Under the pieces are notes generated by a model, which had not been told where the DNA came from, did not search any database, and worked only from the letters and a program-made list of their open reading frames with translations. 64,000 bases of DNA, from positions 416,001 through 480,000 of the forward strand of contig CAWFQL010000017.1 of NCBI GenBank assembly GCA_963817915.1, in the 5' to 3' direction. Position 1 is the stretch's first letter. Each line of letters begins with the position of its first letter. The position numbers and the translations under genes are program-made. Positions 1-11,953 of this stretch are shown here, one piece after another. Source of the stretch: an uncultured candidate division Zixibacteria bacterium (GTDB taxonomy: Bacteria; Zixibacteria; MSB-5A5; UBA10806).

Positions 1-104
1 CAACATTAGTCCGATTGCTTTGGGTTATTGCCGTACTATGTGCCGGAACGGGGCTACTGGCCTATATCATTTTCTGGATCGTGCTTCCCAAGAAACCTGT
101 TTGA
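1..104 (+). CDS. PspC-domain protein, 5'-truncated by window edge
   Basis: Frame from nt 3 reads TLVRLLWVIAVLCAGTGLLAYIIFWIVLPKKPV*, a paralog of the PspC domain in the next ORF; not in ORF track. Confidence 0.85.
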   Translation, partial: TLVRLLWVIAVLCAGTGLLAYIIFWIVLPKKPV

Positions 105-119
105 GAATGGAGGCTTGAG

Positions 120-557
120 ATGGCCAAAAAGCTTTATAGGTCACGTACTGAATGCATGATTGCCGGCGTCTGCGGAGGATTGGCCGAATATTTTAATATC
201 GATCCGACATTAGTAAGATTGATTGCGGTTGCCCTCGTTCTCGCGGGCGGGTCCGGCATACTTGCTTATATTATCTTCTGGTTTGTCGTGCCTCAAAAAC
301 CACTAAATCTAAATCAGGTTGAACCCCAGCCGGAAACTCCTGATTCTGATGATTCGCACGAAAACGCGACTAATGAGAGAGATACCGGGATTCTTTTTCT
401 GGGGATAATTATTACGGTTCTCGGATTTGTGTTTTTGATGAATAATTTTATCTCGTTTTCATGGCTGTCATTTCATAAACTTTGGCCATTAATACTGATT
501 GCAGTAGGTGTCGCGGTCATTCTTAAGGGATCGGGGAGCAAAACAGATGAGGGTTAG
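120..557 (+). CDS. PspC-domain protein with C-terminal LiaI/LiaF-like (DUF5668-type) TM segment
   Basis: KKLYRSR..MIAGVCGGLAEYFNIDPTLVRL PspC signature; C-terminal LWPLILIAVG motif; GGAGG RBS. Confidence 0.9.
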   Translation: MAKKLYRSRTECMIAGVCGGLAEYFNIDPTLVRLIAVALVLAGGSGILAYIIFWFVVPQKPLNLNQVEPQPETPDSDDSHENATNERDTGILFLGIIITVLGFVFLMNNFISFSWLSFHKLWPLILIAVGVAVILKGSGSKTDEG

Positions 558-1473
558 TTCGGTACGATGGGGAGTGATATGGCTCGGTATCGGCTTGTTT
601 TTCCTGGCAATTAATTTTGAAGTATTGGACAAATTTGTTTTTCCAAAGCTATTTTCGCTTTGGCCGATTCTTTTGATCGCCATAGGAATTGAGATAATTT
701 TTAGAAGAACCCGTTTCTATTTCCTTGCCTTCATTTCTCCTATATTAATCGCCCTGGCCTTTGTTTTAGCCGCGTCATCCAGTGATAGCTGGCCATGGAA
801 GGCAGATCGATTCTGGCACGAATGGGGATGGAATCATACAGCCAGCCAGCTTAATGTTTTTGAAATGCCGCCGGATAGCTCGGTTAAATCAATAGATCTG
901 GTTATCAATGATAATGAGTCGACAATCGATTTTCGCGGCACTGCCGATTTTCTTGTTAAAGCAAACGCCGAATATTTTAAGCGAAGTCCCTGGATCACAA
1001 ATGAAGTTAATAATGGTATCGCGAGGATCCAATACGATAGCAGGGAAAAATTCCATTTCTTTCTATTCGGTCTGCATCTTTCAGAGCCAAGGATTGAATT
1101 TAACATCAACGATTCAATCGCGACAAGGATAAGCCTGACCTCAAAGGCGAAGAACCTCAGATTGAATTTCTCCCAAATACATCTTACTAATTTTAATCTG
1201 GAAACTAAGTCCGACGATTGCTCGTTGCGTTTCGGAATTTTAGAGGATAGCATCAATGTCGCTATAAGCGGTTCCGCGGATAGGATCGATATCCAAGTTC
1301 CGCCGCAATTTGGCATTTTGATTACCGATCGAAGCGGTGATTTGGAAACGATGCTGAAAAATTCCAAGCTCGAACATATTGCGGATTCATATCGATCCGC
1401 GGATTTGGAAACGGCAAAGGGAAAGATAATTATCGAGATTCGCGCGAAGGCTAAATCAATTTCTATAAATTAA
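547..1473 (+). CDS. LiaF/LiaG-like envelope-stress membrane protein (DUF5668-type TM region plus beta-rich domain)
   Basis: N-terminal TM helices with LWPILLIAIGI motif followed by a beta-rich soluble domain; start moved to ATG 547 overlapping the upstream gene. Confidence 0.65.
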   Translation: MRVSSVRWGVIWLGIGLFFLAINFEVLDKFVFPKLFSLWPILLIAIGIEIIFRRTRFYFLAFISPILIALAFVLAASSSDSWPWKADRFWHEWGWNHTASQLNVFEMPPDSSVKSIDLVINDNESTIDFRGTADFLVKANAEYFKRSPWITNEVNNGIARIQYDSREKFHFFLFGLHLSEPRIEFNINDSIATRISLTSKAKNLRLNFSQIHLTNFNLETKSDDCSLRFGILEDSINVAISGSADRIDIQVPPQFGILITDRSGDLETMLKNSKLEHIADSYRSADLETAKGKIIIEIRAKAKSISIN

Positions 1474-1582
1474 ATTCCTCCGATTGATTCTCGTCAACTG
1501 CCCAGGGCTTTAAATTAGCAGAGCATATTATCCATACAACTAAATTATTGACCTTGCCTAAAAGTCATAGTATTTATCCAAT

Positions 1583-3071
1583 GTGAATTTGAGCTTATTT
1601 TATTTCCTCTCGCGAATCTTTCGGATTAAATTTCTAACAATCATAATTCTTATAGCATTGTTGTCCCTCTTAAATACTCCCGTCATTTCATTTGCCGACA
1701 GCCTGGATGACATCAAGGCGCGGGGCGTTATGAGGATCGGGACCGACGCTACTTACCCGCCATTCGAGTATTTCGATGATCAAACTCGTGAAATAAGCGG
1801 TTTCGATATCGATCTAATGAGGGAGATATGCAAGACATTGAATGTCAAAGCCGAATTTATCGGGGTGCCATTCGATGCTATCATATCCGGTTTAAATAAT
1901 GATAAGTATGATTGCCTGATTTCATCAATGACGATTACTCCAGAACGGTCGCAGGCTGTATTGTTCAGCCAGCCATATTATGACGCTGGACAGTCGATCG
2001 CTGTTCCATTGGAAGATAAGACTACAAAGAGTGTTGACGATCTGTCCGGAAAAAGAATCGGCTCTCAGCTCGGAACTACCGGCGAAATGATGGCCAAAAA
2101 AATCCCCAATGCCACCGTTAAATCATTTGATAATATCGGTGAGGCCTTCCGCGATATGGCCAATGGCAATCTCGACGCCATAATTAACGACAAGCCTGTT
2201 TCCCAGCGAATCATTATGACGCGAGGCAAAGCCAAGCTTGTCGGCCCGATTCTTAATTCGGAGCAATATGGCATCGCAATTAGAAAAGATGAAATCAGAT
2301 TGAAGAAGGCTATCGATGACGCTCTTTCTGATATGAAAGAGCGAGGTATCTATTCGAAAATTAATGAGAAATGGTTTGGAGCTCCAATAACCGCTGAGGT
2401 TCAAAAGTCGTTTCTGAGTACGCTCTGGAATATATTGAAATATCTCGCCCCCGCAGTTCCCATGACCATCTTCATAACTTTATTCTCGTTTTTACTTTCG
2501 ATTATCCTCGGAATTTTCGCGGCGCTGGGACGAATATCCGTTAGTCGTATTCTCAATTTCATCTCCAAGCTATATTCCGATGTCATCCGAGGCGTGCCGC
2601 TGATAGTGCAGATATTTTTTATCTATTTCGGGCTCGGTTCAATATTTCATCTGGGTGAATTTTGGGCCGGCGTTACGGCCATTGGAATCTGCTACGGAGC
2701 CTATCTGGCGGAAATCTTCAGGGCCGGGATTCAGGCTATTCCCAGGGGCCAGAATGAAGCCGCGTTATCATTGGGAATGACTCAATGGCAGGTTGATAGA
2801 CACATTATAATCCCTCAAGCGGCGAGGCTTGTCATCCCGCCGGTTGCCAATGAATTTATCGCATGTCTAAAGGATTCATCATTGGTATCTATCATAGGAA
2901 TCCGTGAGCTGACCCGTGCAGGCAGAGAATACCTTTCCTGGTCATACATCGATTTTGCCACTTGGCTGATGGTCGGTTTGCTCTATCTTGATAATGACAA
3001 TGGCCCTTGCCCGCTTTTCGAGAAAAATTGAAAAACGATATAAAATCCCAGGACTGGGTACGAGCAATTAG
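1583..3071 (+). CDS. Polar amino-acid ABC transporter, fused substrate-binding and permease protein (+1 frameshift near 2987-2990)
   Basis: GTDATYPPFE SBP family 3 domain; permease AEIFRAGIQAIPRGQNEAALSLG EAA loop; the +1 frame continues LIMTMALARFSRKIEKRYKIPGLGTSN* to 3071, abutting the next ATG. Confidence 0.9.
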
Positions 3072-3803
3072 ATGTCTATCGTAGAAGCAAAAAATGTAGT
3101 CAAGTATTTCGGCCAGATAAAGGCCGTAGACGATGTTTCATTGAATGTCGAAAAGGGCGAAACTATCGTTGTAATCGGGCCATCCGGCTCGGGCAAATCT
3201 ACTTTTTTAAGATGCATCAATGCGCTTGAAAAGATCGACAGCGGTCAAATTACTATTGATAGCGATGTGCTCGATAGCGCCGGCAAAAATATCGATAAGG
3301 TCCGTCTCGAAGTCGGAATGGTTTTCCAACAATTCGATCTCTTCATGCATCTAAATGTCATGGACAACCTGACGCTGGCTCAAAAAATCGTCAGAAAGAG
3401 GTCGAAGGAAGGTGCAATAAAAATCGCGGAAGAATATCTGGCAAAAGTCGGTTTATCCGATAAGTCTTCGGCATTCCCGGCCCATCTTTCAGGGGGACAA
3501 AAGCAGCGAGTGGCAATTGCCAGGGCGTTATGCATGAATCCAAAAATCATGCTTTTCGATGAACCGACATCGGCCTTAGATCCCGAGATGATAGGGGAAG
3601 TGTTGGATGTCATGAAAAATCTTGCTAAAGCTGGTATGACAATGATTGTCGTCACGCATGAAATTGGTTTCGCGCGCGAGGTCGCGGATAAGATTATATT
3701 TTACGATTTCGGGAAAATTGTGGAATCAGGTCCCGCTAATGACATACTCGATTCGGCGGCCCATCCCCGTACTAAAGAATTCTTGTCAAAGGTGTTGCGA
3801 TGA
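3072..3803 (+). CDS. Polar amino-acid ABC transporter ATP-binding protein (GlnQ-like)
   Basis: Walker [36 protein letters not shown]. Confidence 0.95.
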   Translation: MSIVEAKNVVKYFGQIKAVDDVSLNVEKGETIVVIGPSGSGKSTFLRCINALEKIDSGQITIDSDVLDSAGKNIDKVRLEVGMVFQQFDLFMHLNVMDNLTLAQKIVRKRSKEGAIKIAEEYLAKVGLSDKSSAFPAHLSGGQKQRVAIARALCMNPKIMLFDEPTSALDPEMIGEVLDVMKNLAKAGMTMIVVTHEIGFAREVADKIIFYDFGKIVESGPANDILDSAAHPRTKEFLSKVLR

Positions 3804-6800
3804 AAAGAAGTCTAATAATTTGCTTAATTTTACTTTCAGGGATCACGGCGCGCGCAGAAAAGCCATATTTCCAACAAAAAATCAATTACAGAATTAACGT
3901 CGATCTCGATCCTGAGACATCGACTCTGGCCGGTTCGGAATCAATTTTATATTTCAATAATTCCCCCGACTCGCTTAAGGAAATTTATTTTCATCTTTAC
4001 TACAATGCGTTCCAGCCCGGAAGCTATATGGAAATAGTGGGGCGGAAACGGCATTATTACCGACAAGTATTCAGCAATCCAAAAAGCATGGGATATGACA
4101 AAATCGATAGAATCAAAATCAACGGAATCGAGACAACTGATTATCAGATTGATAATACGATAATGAAAACTCCTTTGAAGACTCCAATAGCGCCGGGAGA
4201 TTCGCTTTATTTTTATATCGAATTCAGGGCTCAAATACCGGCTCGGGGCAGTCGTACAGCCAGGCGCGGCGAACATTTCGATGTCGGCCAGTGGTTTCCA
4301 AAGCCCGCGGTCTACGATCGTTATGGTTGGCATGTTCACCAATATCTGCTTGAGGGTGAATTCTACGCTGATTTCGGCAATTTCGATGTCGAGATATCAT
4401 TGCCGCCAAAATATATTGTCGCGCATACCGGCGAGCTCTTAAATGAGGAAGAGATATTTGGGCGAAAACTCCCTGTCCCCGAAGGTGATTCGATTCTTAT
4501 CGACGCCCTCGCATTTTATAAATCCGATTCGCTTTCCATTAAGAATAAGGATTCGTTAGCGGCCTCATTAAATTTAAAACAGTTGCTTGCTGCTGATTCC
4601 CTTCCGTCGCCATTAAATCCCAACGATACTCTGAATCTCGTCGATTCATCCAAGACCGGAATCGATACGGTTTCGATGGCCAAAAATCTCAAAACATGGA
4701 AAATAAGAGCTGAAAATATTCACGATTTCGCGTTTAGCGCGGATCCGGAATTTATAGTCGATATCTGCAGATACAATAATACTATTATCAAATCATACTA
4801 TACAAAATCGACAAAAGATCGATGGCAATTCAAAGCCGCCGATCAAACCCGCAAAGCCATAAAACTATTTTCCGAAAAGTATTATGCTTATCCCTATCGC
4901 CAGTTTTCCAATGTCGCGTCACTGGTAGATGGCGGTATGGAGTATCCTCAGCTTGTGATGATATCCGGCCATTACGGCGAGAATAATAAATACGATCGCG
5001 GCCTCGAATCGACTATCGCCCACGAAGTCGCCCACAATTGGTTTTATGGGCTTCTGGGTTTCAATGAAACAGAGCAGGCCTATCTCGATGAGGGCATGGC
5101 GTCATTTGCCACTATCCAATATATGGAAAATTATCACGGACGTTTCGCTAACGATTATTCCTATGACAAAAAATGGCAAAAGCTATTATTGCCTAATAGC
5201 AATGAACGCGATGAAAATTATAAAACCTATATCGAAAATGCTATTGTCGGGGAGGAAGACCCCTTACTGACTCCAGCCGATCAATATGCGGACGCCGGTA
5301 GATATTTCGTAGCCTCATATCAAAAGGCTTCCGCTGTCTATTTCATGCTCCAATATACGATTGGTACAGAAAAATTCGACCAGATGATGAAATCATTTTG
5401 CGGGAAATGGGCATATAAGCATCCGTATCTTTCAGACTTTCAAAATATGGCCGATTCCACGAACGGTCAGAGCCTCGAGTGGTTCTTTCGCCAATGGTTC
5501 ACTACAACCTGGACGCTCGATTATGGGATTTCCAGATTACATTATGAGAAGGCTATAGTCGAAAAACAGCAAGGCTATATGACGGATTTTACATTGATGA
5601 ATAATAGCCGCTGCCTTTCGCCCTTGGATGTGGAATTGTATTTTAAGGATGGTTCGATAGATACAGTCGAGATAGCCGAATCAGTCTGGGAAAAGGGGCA
5701 GATAAATTATGACACCTCGATATTTTTCCCAACCAAACCATATAAGGCAATTCTCAATCCGGATTTGAGGCTGGCCGATATCAATCGATTGGATAATTAT
5801 TCCGGCATACCGAAGATTCACTGGCAATTCGTGGTGCCAAAATTTATTTACCGCCATAATGAGGTACAGGATTATGTGGAGTCTTATACTATCTCTCATA
5901 AGCCGAATTTTTGGTATAATTCAGTCGACGGCCTTAAAATCGGTTATCATCTCAAGGGCTCATATTTGGATATCTCAAAAAAACTGGCTCTCAATTTGGA
6001 GTATGGGCTTCAAAGCAATAAGACTGACTATGAAGTTTCCTATGAAGATCGATTTTATTCATTTAATCCGCAGCTGCATTATTATGGCAGATCCAGGGAG
6101 CTGGAAGGACGTGGACAGCATGAAATCGGAATTAAATATGGATATGATTCCTACTTTAACGCCGGAACAGTCGCGGACCTTTCACTCAAGAGGACATATC
6201 TTTACTCTTCAAAATATATTAGCGGCCATCCCTGGTCTAAGGGCTCCGTGAATACATTCGATTTGAGTGTCGGCCGATCGATGGAAGTAAAATCGACCGA
6301 AATTATTCTTCAGGCGAGCATGTCAACCTCAGCCCCAGGCAGTAACTACGATTTCACTCGAATGGCGTTTGGTGCGCAATTCAATATCTACGATTCGTTT
6401 TCAGGGCAAAGCTCGATATTGTTCAAGGCCGGACGCGCCGATGGCAACGTACCTTTTCAGAGGAGATTCTTCCTCTCATCCGCCGATCCTTACGATACTT
6501 GGGATGCGCCCCTATATAGAAGCCGCGGCACATTGCCCGAGAAAGCAATCAATAATGGCCACCTGTTTCTGCCCGGAGGAGCTGGACTATACGGTTACTA
6601 CGACCGCAAGATTTCTGGCAATAAGCTAATTGCAGTCAATGTGCTGAAAGATTTGCCCGAATTCAATTTGCCTTACTCAATACCGATACTGAGCGGCGAA
6701 ATAGCGAAAATTCAGACACAGATATATCTCAATGGCGGCCATACCTGGGATAGTGGTACCAAATTCAAAACCAACAATATGCTGTGGGAGTCGGGATTAA

Positions 6801-6940
6801 TTTTCAAATACCGCATACCATATCTTGATCTTTTTATGGATCAGAGCCGAATGTCCTTGTATTTGCCGCTCTGGATTTCGAATCCGGCAAATGGCGAACA
6901 TAATTTCAAATGGCGCTGGTTGATTAGCATAACGGGCTAA
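3800..6940 (+). CDS. Exported M1-family zinc aminopeptidase with long C-terminal, probably beta-barrel, region
   Basis: Signal peptide; GGMEYP exopeptidase motif; HEVAH followed 18 residues later by E (LDEG). Confidence 0.9.
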   Translation: MKRSLIICLILLSGITARAEKPYFQQKINYRINVDLDPETSTLAGSESILYFNNSPDSLKEIYFHLYYNAFQPGSYMEIVGRKRHYYRQVFSNPKSMGYDKIDRIKINGIETTDYQIDNTIMKTPLKTPIAPGDSLYFYIEFRAQIPARGSRTARRGEHFDVGQWFPKPAVYDRYGWHVHQYLLEGEFYADFGNFDVEISLPPKYIVAHTGELLNEEEIFGRKLPVPEGDSILIDALAFYKSDSLSIKNKDSLAASLNLKQLLAADSLPSPLNPNDTLNLVDSSKTGIDTVSMAKNLKTWKIRAENIHDFAFSADPEFIVDICRYNNTIIKSYYTKSTKDRWQFKAADQTRKAIKLFSEKYYAYPYRQFSNVASLVDGGMEYPQLVMISGHYGENNKYDRGLESTIAHEVAHNWFYGLLGFNETEQAYLDEGMASFATIQYMENYHGRFANDYSYDKKWQKLLLPNSNERDENYKTYIENAIVGEEDPLLTPADQYADAGRYFVASYQKASAVYFMLQYTIGTEKFDQMMKSFCGKWAYKHPYLSDFQNMADSTNGQSLEWFFRQWFTTTWTLDYGISRLHYEKAIVEKQQGYMTDFTLMNNSRCLSPLDVELYFKDGSIDTVEIAESVWEKGQINYDTSIFFPTKPYKAILNPDLRLADINRLDNYSGIPKIHWQFVVPKFIYRHNEVQDYVESYTISHKPNFWYNSVDGLKIGYHLKGSYLDISKKLALNLEYGLQSNKTDYEVSYEDRFYSFNPQLHYYGRSRELEGRGQHEIGIKYGYDSYFNAGTVADLSLKRTYLYSSKYISGHPWSKGSVNTFDLSVGRSMEVKSTEIILQASMSTSAPGSNYDFTRMAFGAQFNIYDSFSGQSSILFKAGRADGNVPFQRRFFLSSADPYDTWDAPLYRSRGTLPEKAINNGHLFLPGGAGLYGYYDRKISGNKLIAVNVLKDLPEFNLPYSIPILSGEIAKIQTQIYLNGGHTWDSGTKFKTNNMLWESGLIFKYRIPYLDLFMDQSRMSLYLPLWISNPANGEHNFKWRWLISITG

Positions 6941-7069
6941 AAATCAAAATGGAGTTTATCGCTCTATTTAAACAGAGATAATTTTGGTTTTTTTCTTGAC
7001 AGCTTGCGAAACCGATATGATATTTAGTATATGAAACAAATAATGAACCCTTTTGATGGAGGTGGGTTA

Positions 7070-7651
7070 GTGAAGAAACTTATTGCCGTTCTAACAATGT
7101 TGGGCCTTCTCGTTTTTGTGTTTTCTATTTGCATGGCTCAGGACAAGGCAGCGGAATCCGCGGCGGCTAAAGCGCCCGAAAAGGCTGCTCACAAATTTGT
7201 CGGTGCCAGCAAATGCAAAATGTGCCATAATTCCCCAGCAAACGGCGAGCAATTCAAGAAGTGGACAGAATCAAAGCATTCCAAGGCTTTCGAAATGTTG
7301 GCCTCTGAAGAAGCGATCGCGGTTGGAAAGAAATTGGGAGTTGATAAACCGCAGGCAAGTGATAAATGCCTTGGTTGCCATCTTACTGGTTATGCCGCCC
7401 CTGCTGAAGACAAAGCCGCAAGCTACGTCGCTACTGAAGGCGTCGGATGCGAAGCATGCCACGGCGCAGGTGCTGATTATATGAAGATGCAGGTCATGAA
7501 GGACAAGACGGCTTCAATTGCTGCCGGCCTGGTACTTCCTGATGAAAAACTTTGTGTCACCTGCCACAATGAAAAGAGCCCGACCTATAAGAAATTCGTA
7601 TTTGCGGATGCCGCAAAAATAATTGCGCACCCGATTCCGCCAAAGAAGTAA
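7070..7651 (+). CDS. Periplasmic tetraheme cytochrome c (c554/c552-like)
   Basis: Signal peptide; four CxxCH motifs (CKMCH, CLGCH, CEACH, CVTCH); likely GTG start at 7070 after GGAGG. Confidence 0.9.
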   Translation: MKKLIAVLTMLGLLVFVFSICMAQDKAAESAAAKAPEKAAHKFVGASKCKMCHNSPANGEQFKKWTESKHSKAFEMLASEEAIAVGKKLGVDKPQASDKCLGCHLTGYAAPAEDKAASYVATEGVGCEACHGAGADYMKMQVMKDKTASIAAGLVLPDEKLCVTCHNEKSPTYKKFVFADAAKIIAHPIPPKK

Positions 7652-7673
7652 AAAACTTCTCAGGTAAAAAATT

Positions 7674-7706
7674 AGGGAGGTCGTCGACGGCCTCCCTTTA
7701 TATTTT
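7674..7706. terminator. Probable bidirectional intrinsic terminator
   Basis: AGGGAGG...CCTCCCT stem flanked by A-rich and T-rich tracts, between convergent genes. Confidence 0.7.
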
Positions 7707-7722
7707 CACCAAATTAAATTTA

Positions 7723-7950
7723 TCAATCGAGGTGGCTAAGCTGTCTCAATATCTTTTCTTTTAATAACGACGGAGCTCTGTCCTGAAAACAATTTTCGTG
7801 AATTAGATTTTTCATTGAAAGCTCAAATTCGAATCGACTGCAGCATAATCTGCATAAATCAAGATGTTTATCTATTTGGGCAGAGGAAGATGGGTCTAAT
7901 TCCTTATCCAGATATTCATATAACTGCTTCACAGCTTCTTCACAAGTCAT
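7723..7950 (-). CDS. Zinc-binding anti-sigma factor (ZAS, RsrA/RshA-like)
   Basis: MTCEE..LYEYLDKEL and HLDLCRLC (HxxxCxxC) motifs; coupled to the ECF sigma gene. Confidence 0.88.
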   Translation of the reverse strand: MTCEEAVKQLYEYLDKELDPSSSAQIDKHLDLCRLCCSRFEFELSMKNLIHENCFQDRAPSLLKEKILRQLSHLD

Positions 7951-8552
7951 GCCTTTGTACCTCTAAGGATTCCTCTCTCTTTTGCAAAATCCCATAATAG
8001 CTTTTGCAATATTTTTCGTCCCCTGAAAATCCGTGACTTTACCGTTCCGACACTTATCCCGAGAATTTCCGAAATCTCCTGATAACTGAATCCCTCCACA
8101 TCTGATAACAACACTGCCATGCGGAATTGTTCCGGTACACTCTCCAGAGCCTTGACTACATCGTCGGAAACATAGTCTTTTAGTATTTCGGTAACATTGG
8201 AACCCTTAGCTTCTGATTTATCTTTGGCCGTGATTTCTTTGACAATTTCATCAGCCAGACAGAAATTTTCGACCGTTTCGAAATCGATCATATCCGGCTC
8301 TTGTTTTTTCTTTCTGTATCTCGTCCGGAAAGTGTTGGTCAAAATTGTCAATATCCAGGCTCTCGCATTTGTGCCGCGTTCGAAACTATGGAAGAAGCGA
8401 AACGCTTTTAAATAAGACTCCTGAACTAAATCTTCGGCATCCTTGTCATTTCGAGTCATCCTGATAGCCACATTATAGAGATTGTCTATAAGTGGCAGGA
8501 ATATCTGCTCGAATTCTTTCTTTTTATCTTGATTGTGGTTATCTTGAGTCAT
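7947..8552 (-). CDS. ECF RNA polymerase sigma factor (SigH/SigR-like)
   Basis: DAEDLVQESYLKAFR region 2; FSYQEISEILGISVGTVKSRIFRGR region 4. Confidence 0.93.
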   Translation of the reverse strand: MTQDNHNQDKKKEFEQIFLPLIDNLYNVAIRMTRNDKDAEDLVQESYLKAFRFFHSFERGTNARAWILTILTNTFRTRYRKKKQEPDMIDFETVENFCLADEIVKEITAKDKSEAKGSNVTEILKDYVSDDVVKALESVPEQFRMAVLLSDVEGFSYQEISEILGISVGTVKSRIFRGRKILQKLLWDFAKERGILRGTKA

Positions 8553-8563
8553 AATTTTACACC

Positions 8564-10246
8564 ATGTTCACTTTCTTCAAAAAGGGTAATATTGCGAGAA
8601 GGCTTTGTCAAGTTATTATCTACCCATTTTTACTATATTTTGTCCTGCTTTCTTTAATCTCTTCCAAAGTGTCCATCGCAGCCGATAATCCTTCAAAAGC
8701 TTATTGGGTCTTTTTTGATAATAAGGAGTCCGACCCTCTTGTTTCCATTTCTACCCGCGCGGTTCAAAGACGGCAACTAAGATCGGGTATAAATTCATCC
8801 TCGTTGTACGATCTACCCGTATCGAAAGATTATATCCTCGCCATAAAAAACAGTGGTGCGAAGATTAGGACTATTTCCAGATGGCTGAATGGAGTTAGCG
8901 TTGAAGCCTCTGATTCAGTAATACAAGTCATTGCGGGATTGCCATTTATTACAAATATATCGCGAGTGTCATCCTATTATAGCCGACCGCTTCCAGAATT
9001 AGTTCCCGGCGGTAATCTTGCTTCCAATACGACGGCGTTTAATTATGGACCATCATTTGCTCAGATTTCAATGCTATCGATCGACTCGCTCCACAATCAA
9101 GGTCTCAGTGGCGCGGGAGTAATGATAGGTATTATGGATACGGGCTTTGATACGAGTCTTTCCGTTTTCGGCAGGATGAGAGCTCAAAATCACGTAATTT
9201 ATACTTATGACTTCATCAATGGCGATAGCAATGTCGTCGATCAATTTAATATTCAAAGGCAGCATGGGACTGCCGTCTTATCGGTTATAGGCGGTTTTTC
9301 GGAAGGTGATCTCATCGGCCCGGCATTCAATTCAGAATTTATTTTAGCAAAAACAGAAATCGTAAACTCCGAACAACATGTTGAGGAGGATCATTGGGTC
9401 GCTGCGTGCGAATGGATGGAGTCTCTTGGTGTCGATATTATATCATCGTCTTTGGGCTATATTGATTGGTACGATACAACCCAGCTCGACGGTCAAACTG
9501 CAGTTATTACGCGGGCGGCCAATATCGCATACTCCCTTGGCGTGATTGTCGTAAATTCGGCAGGCAACGAACGTGGTTCTCTATGGGAAAAAATTATTCC
9601 ACCGGCCGATGGCGATTCGGTCATAGCAGTTGGAGCAGTCGATTTCGCTGGAAATATCGCGGCTTTCTCGTCCAGGGGACCGACCGCCGATGGTAGAATT
9701 AAGCCGAATTTTTGTGCTATGGGCGTCTCGGATTATGCCGCGAATTATCAGGGCGGTTATGGATATTACAGCGGCACTTCTTTCTCTGCTCCATTGATCG
9801 CGGGTGGAATCGCGTTGCTGCTTGAAGGGCATCCAGAATGGAAACTGTCGGATATTTTCAGCGTGCTTAAGAATGCGTCTTCCAAGAAATTTCTGCCTGA
9901 TAATTTGTATGGCTGGGGCATTCCGAATTTCGTAGATGCTTTTTACAGTCAGCCCTACCAGCCGAATGAACCTTTATCTCTATTGATCGCGCCTCATCCT
10001 GCCGAAGATTCGACTATATTTTATATCACCTCGACAATTACCGGCGGGGCTTATATCGATATTTTTGACGTCTCAGGAGTGCAAGTAAAGTCCATAAAAT
10101 TTCAGATATATGAGCCTACCACCATTAAAAGCGTCTGGGATGGCAAAAATGAGGCAGGAAAGAAAGTGGCGTCGGGAATTTATCTTGTCGCCATATCAAT
10201 TGGAAATGATATTTTAAGAGATAAGTTTTTCCTTAAATCGCGTTGA
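8564..10246 (+). CDS. Secreted S8 (subtilisin-like) serine peptidase with C-terminal FlgD-Ig/T9SS-type domain; start uncertain
   Basis: Catalytic motifs IMDTG, HGT, NSAGN, SGTSFSAP; C-terminal WDGKNEAGKKVASGIY. Confidence 0.92.
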   Translation: MFTFFKKGNIARRLCQVIIYPFLLYFVLLSLISSKVSIAADNPSKAYWVFFDNKESDPLVSISTRAVQRRQLRSGINSSSLYDLPVSKDYILAIKNSGAKIRTISRWLNGVSVEASDSVIQVIAGLPFITNISRVSSYYSRPLPELVPGGNLASNTTAFNYGPSFAQISMLSIDSLHNQGLSGAGVMIGIMDTGFDTSLSVFGRMRAQNHVIYTYDFINGDSNVVDQFNIQRQHGTAVLSVIGGFSEGDLIGPAFNSEFILAKTEIVNSEQHVEEDHWVAACEWMESLGVDIISSSLGYIDWYDTTQLDGQTAVITRAANIAYSLGVIVVNSAGNERGSLWEKIIPPADGDSVIAVGAVDFAGNIAAFSSRGPTADGRIKPNFCAMGVSDYAANYQGGYGYYSGTSFSAPLIAGGIALLLEGHPEWKLSDIFSVLKNASSKKFLPDNLYGWGIPNFVDAFYSQPYQPNEPLSLLIAPHPAEDSTIFYITSTITGGAYIDIFDVSGVQVKSIKFQIYEPTTIKSVWDGKNEAGKKVASGIYLVAISIGNDILRDKFFLKSR

Positions 10247-10422
10247 TTCGCATTATTACACAATAACCATTTATACTTGACATTCACTATTTCGGGGATA
10301 AATTTGTGGCATGTTAATCGACTTGCCAATAATTGGGGAAAAGGAATTAGATGTAAATTGTGATTAAAATACTATTAAAAATGAATAGGGTTTGTACAAA
10401 AATCAATTCAAGGATTATGTAA

Positions 10423-10908
10423 ATGGGCTCTGAGAAAAAGGAACATAGATTGAAGAAATTGGCGTTGATTGCGATTTTGCTTATAATTGTCAGCTGTTTC
10501 GGGCCGATCCGCAGCGGCAGGCATATTCCGGACGGCCCCGTATCCTATCAGACAATTCTTGGTGGTTCTCATAGCCTGGTTGATACTTCTTTGGTAGAGC
10601 TTATCACCAATGAAGATGATTGGGAAAATACATGGCTTTTGGCCTGCGGCGGCATCGAACCATTGCCCGCCAGGCCTGAAGTTGATTTCGGCCATCAATA
10701 TGTAATAGCCGCCTATATGGGGAAAAGATTTAGCTCCGGCTACAAAATCGAGATATCATCGATTCTGAAACAAGGCAATGATCTATTGGTCACAGTGAAA
10801 AGATATGAGACGGCGGGAATGCTGCCGGTTGTGACGACACCATTCAGCCTTGTCAGGATTCCCCGGGGCAGCTATAAGCTAAAAGTAATTGAAGAATCCG
10901 TTAGATGA
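10423..10908 (+). CDS. Lipoprotein with PrcB C-terminal-like domain
   Basis: Lipobox IVSC; PEVDF..VIAAYMG.R.SSGYKIEI...VVTTPFSLVRIP pattern. Confidence 0.7.
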   Translation: MGSEKKEHRLKKLALIAILLIIVSCFGPIRSGRHIPDGPVSYQTILGGSHSLVDTSLVELITNEDDWENTWLLACGGIEPLPARPEVDFGHQYVIAAYMGKRFSSGYKIEISSILKQGNDLLVTVKRYETAGMLPVVTTPFSLVRIPRGSYKLKVIEESVR

Positions 10909-11888
10909 AAAGACAGCTGAATCTTCTCGTCAGTGTTACTCGCGATGAGAGCATTCATCGAATTCTCGAATCGAACATTTTGTCGCACAAGAATGTTGCT
11001 TCAATGTTTAAACGAAAATATGTTAAAAACCGTTTGGAGATGATTCAAGGCATTGAGAATGCTGACGTGTTATTTTCATTCGCTGTGCCGGAAGAAGCAA
11101 TCGCGAACGCGAAAAACCTGAAATGGATTCATTTTGCTTCCGCCGGAGTGGACAAATCGTTAAATGAATCACTTAGAAGAAAAAGAATTAAATTGAGTTG
11201 TTCGCGGGGTATTCATGCTAATACTATCGCGGAACACGTCATAATGCAGATTCTCGCGTTTTCTAAAAACTTGAAAAAATCATTTGAATATCAGCAAAAG
11301 AAAGAATGGCGTTTCGACGAACTTGTCGAAGGCAGGTTTGATCTCGAAAATAAGACTATCGCCATTATCGGTCTCGGTTCAATTGGCAGGCGCATCGCGC
11401 AACTCGCAAGCGCATTCGATATGAATGTCACGGGAACCGTTAACAATGTCCGACCAATTAAGCACGTCGACAAAGTTTATTCTAGGAAGGAATTGCACAA
11501 ATGCCTTTCAGACGCTGATTTTGTAGTGCTTTCCACGCCATTAACAGATGAAACCAGAAATATCATTAGTGCCCGGGAATTCAAAGCTATGAAAAAAAAT
11601 GCTTTTCTGGTAAATATCGGACGCGGTTCACTTATAAATGAAAACGATCTTGTTCAGGCATTGACTTCGCACAAAATCGCCGGCGCGGCGCTCGATGTCT
11701 TTGAACGAGAGCCATTGCCTCCCCAATCTCCATTATGGTCATTCGACAATGTCTTCATTACGCCGCATTATTCCGGCATGGCGGAAAAACTTTGGGAAAA
11801 AGTTGCCAATCTATTCTGTGAAAATGCGATTCGGTTTAGGGACGGTAAGAGGCTTATTGGACGAGTAAGTATCGAAAAAGGATATTAG
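10905..11888 (+). CDS. D-2-hydroxyacid dehydrogenase (NAD-binding)
   Basis: GLGSIG Rossmann motif, VNIGRG, ALDVFEREPL, ITPHYS. Confidence 0.93.
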   Translation: MKRQLNLLVSVTRDESIHRILESNILSHKNVASMFKRKYVKNRLEMIQGIENADVLFSFAVPEEAIANAKNLKWIHFASAGVDKSLNESLRRKRIKLSCSRGIHANTIAEHVIMQILAFSKNLKKSFEYQQKKEWRFDELVEGRFDLENKTIAIIGLGSIGRRIAQLASAFDMNVTGTVNNVRPIKHVDKVYSRKELHKCLSDADFVVLSTPLTDETRNIISAREFKAMKKNAFLVNIGRGSLINENDLVQALTSHKIAGAALDVFEREPLPPQSPLWSFDNVFITPHYSGMAEKLWEKVANLFCENAIRFRDGKRLIGRVSIEKGY

Positions 11889-11953
11889 CTGAAACTTGGA
11901 TAATGATTTAGTTTTTGAATATTAATAAACATGAGAGGTCGCAAAAATATACT

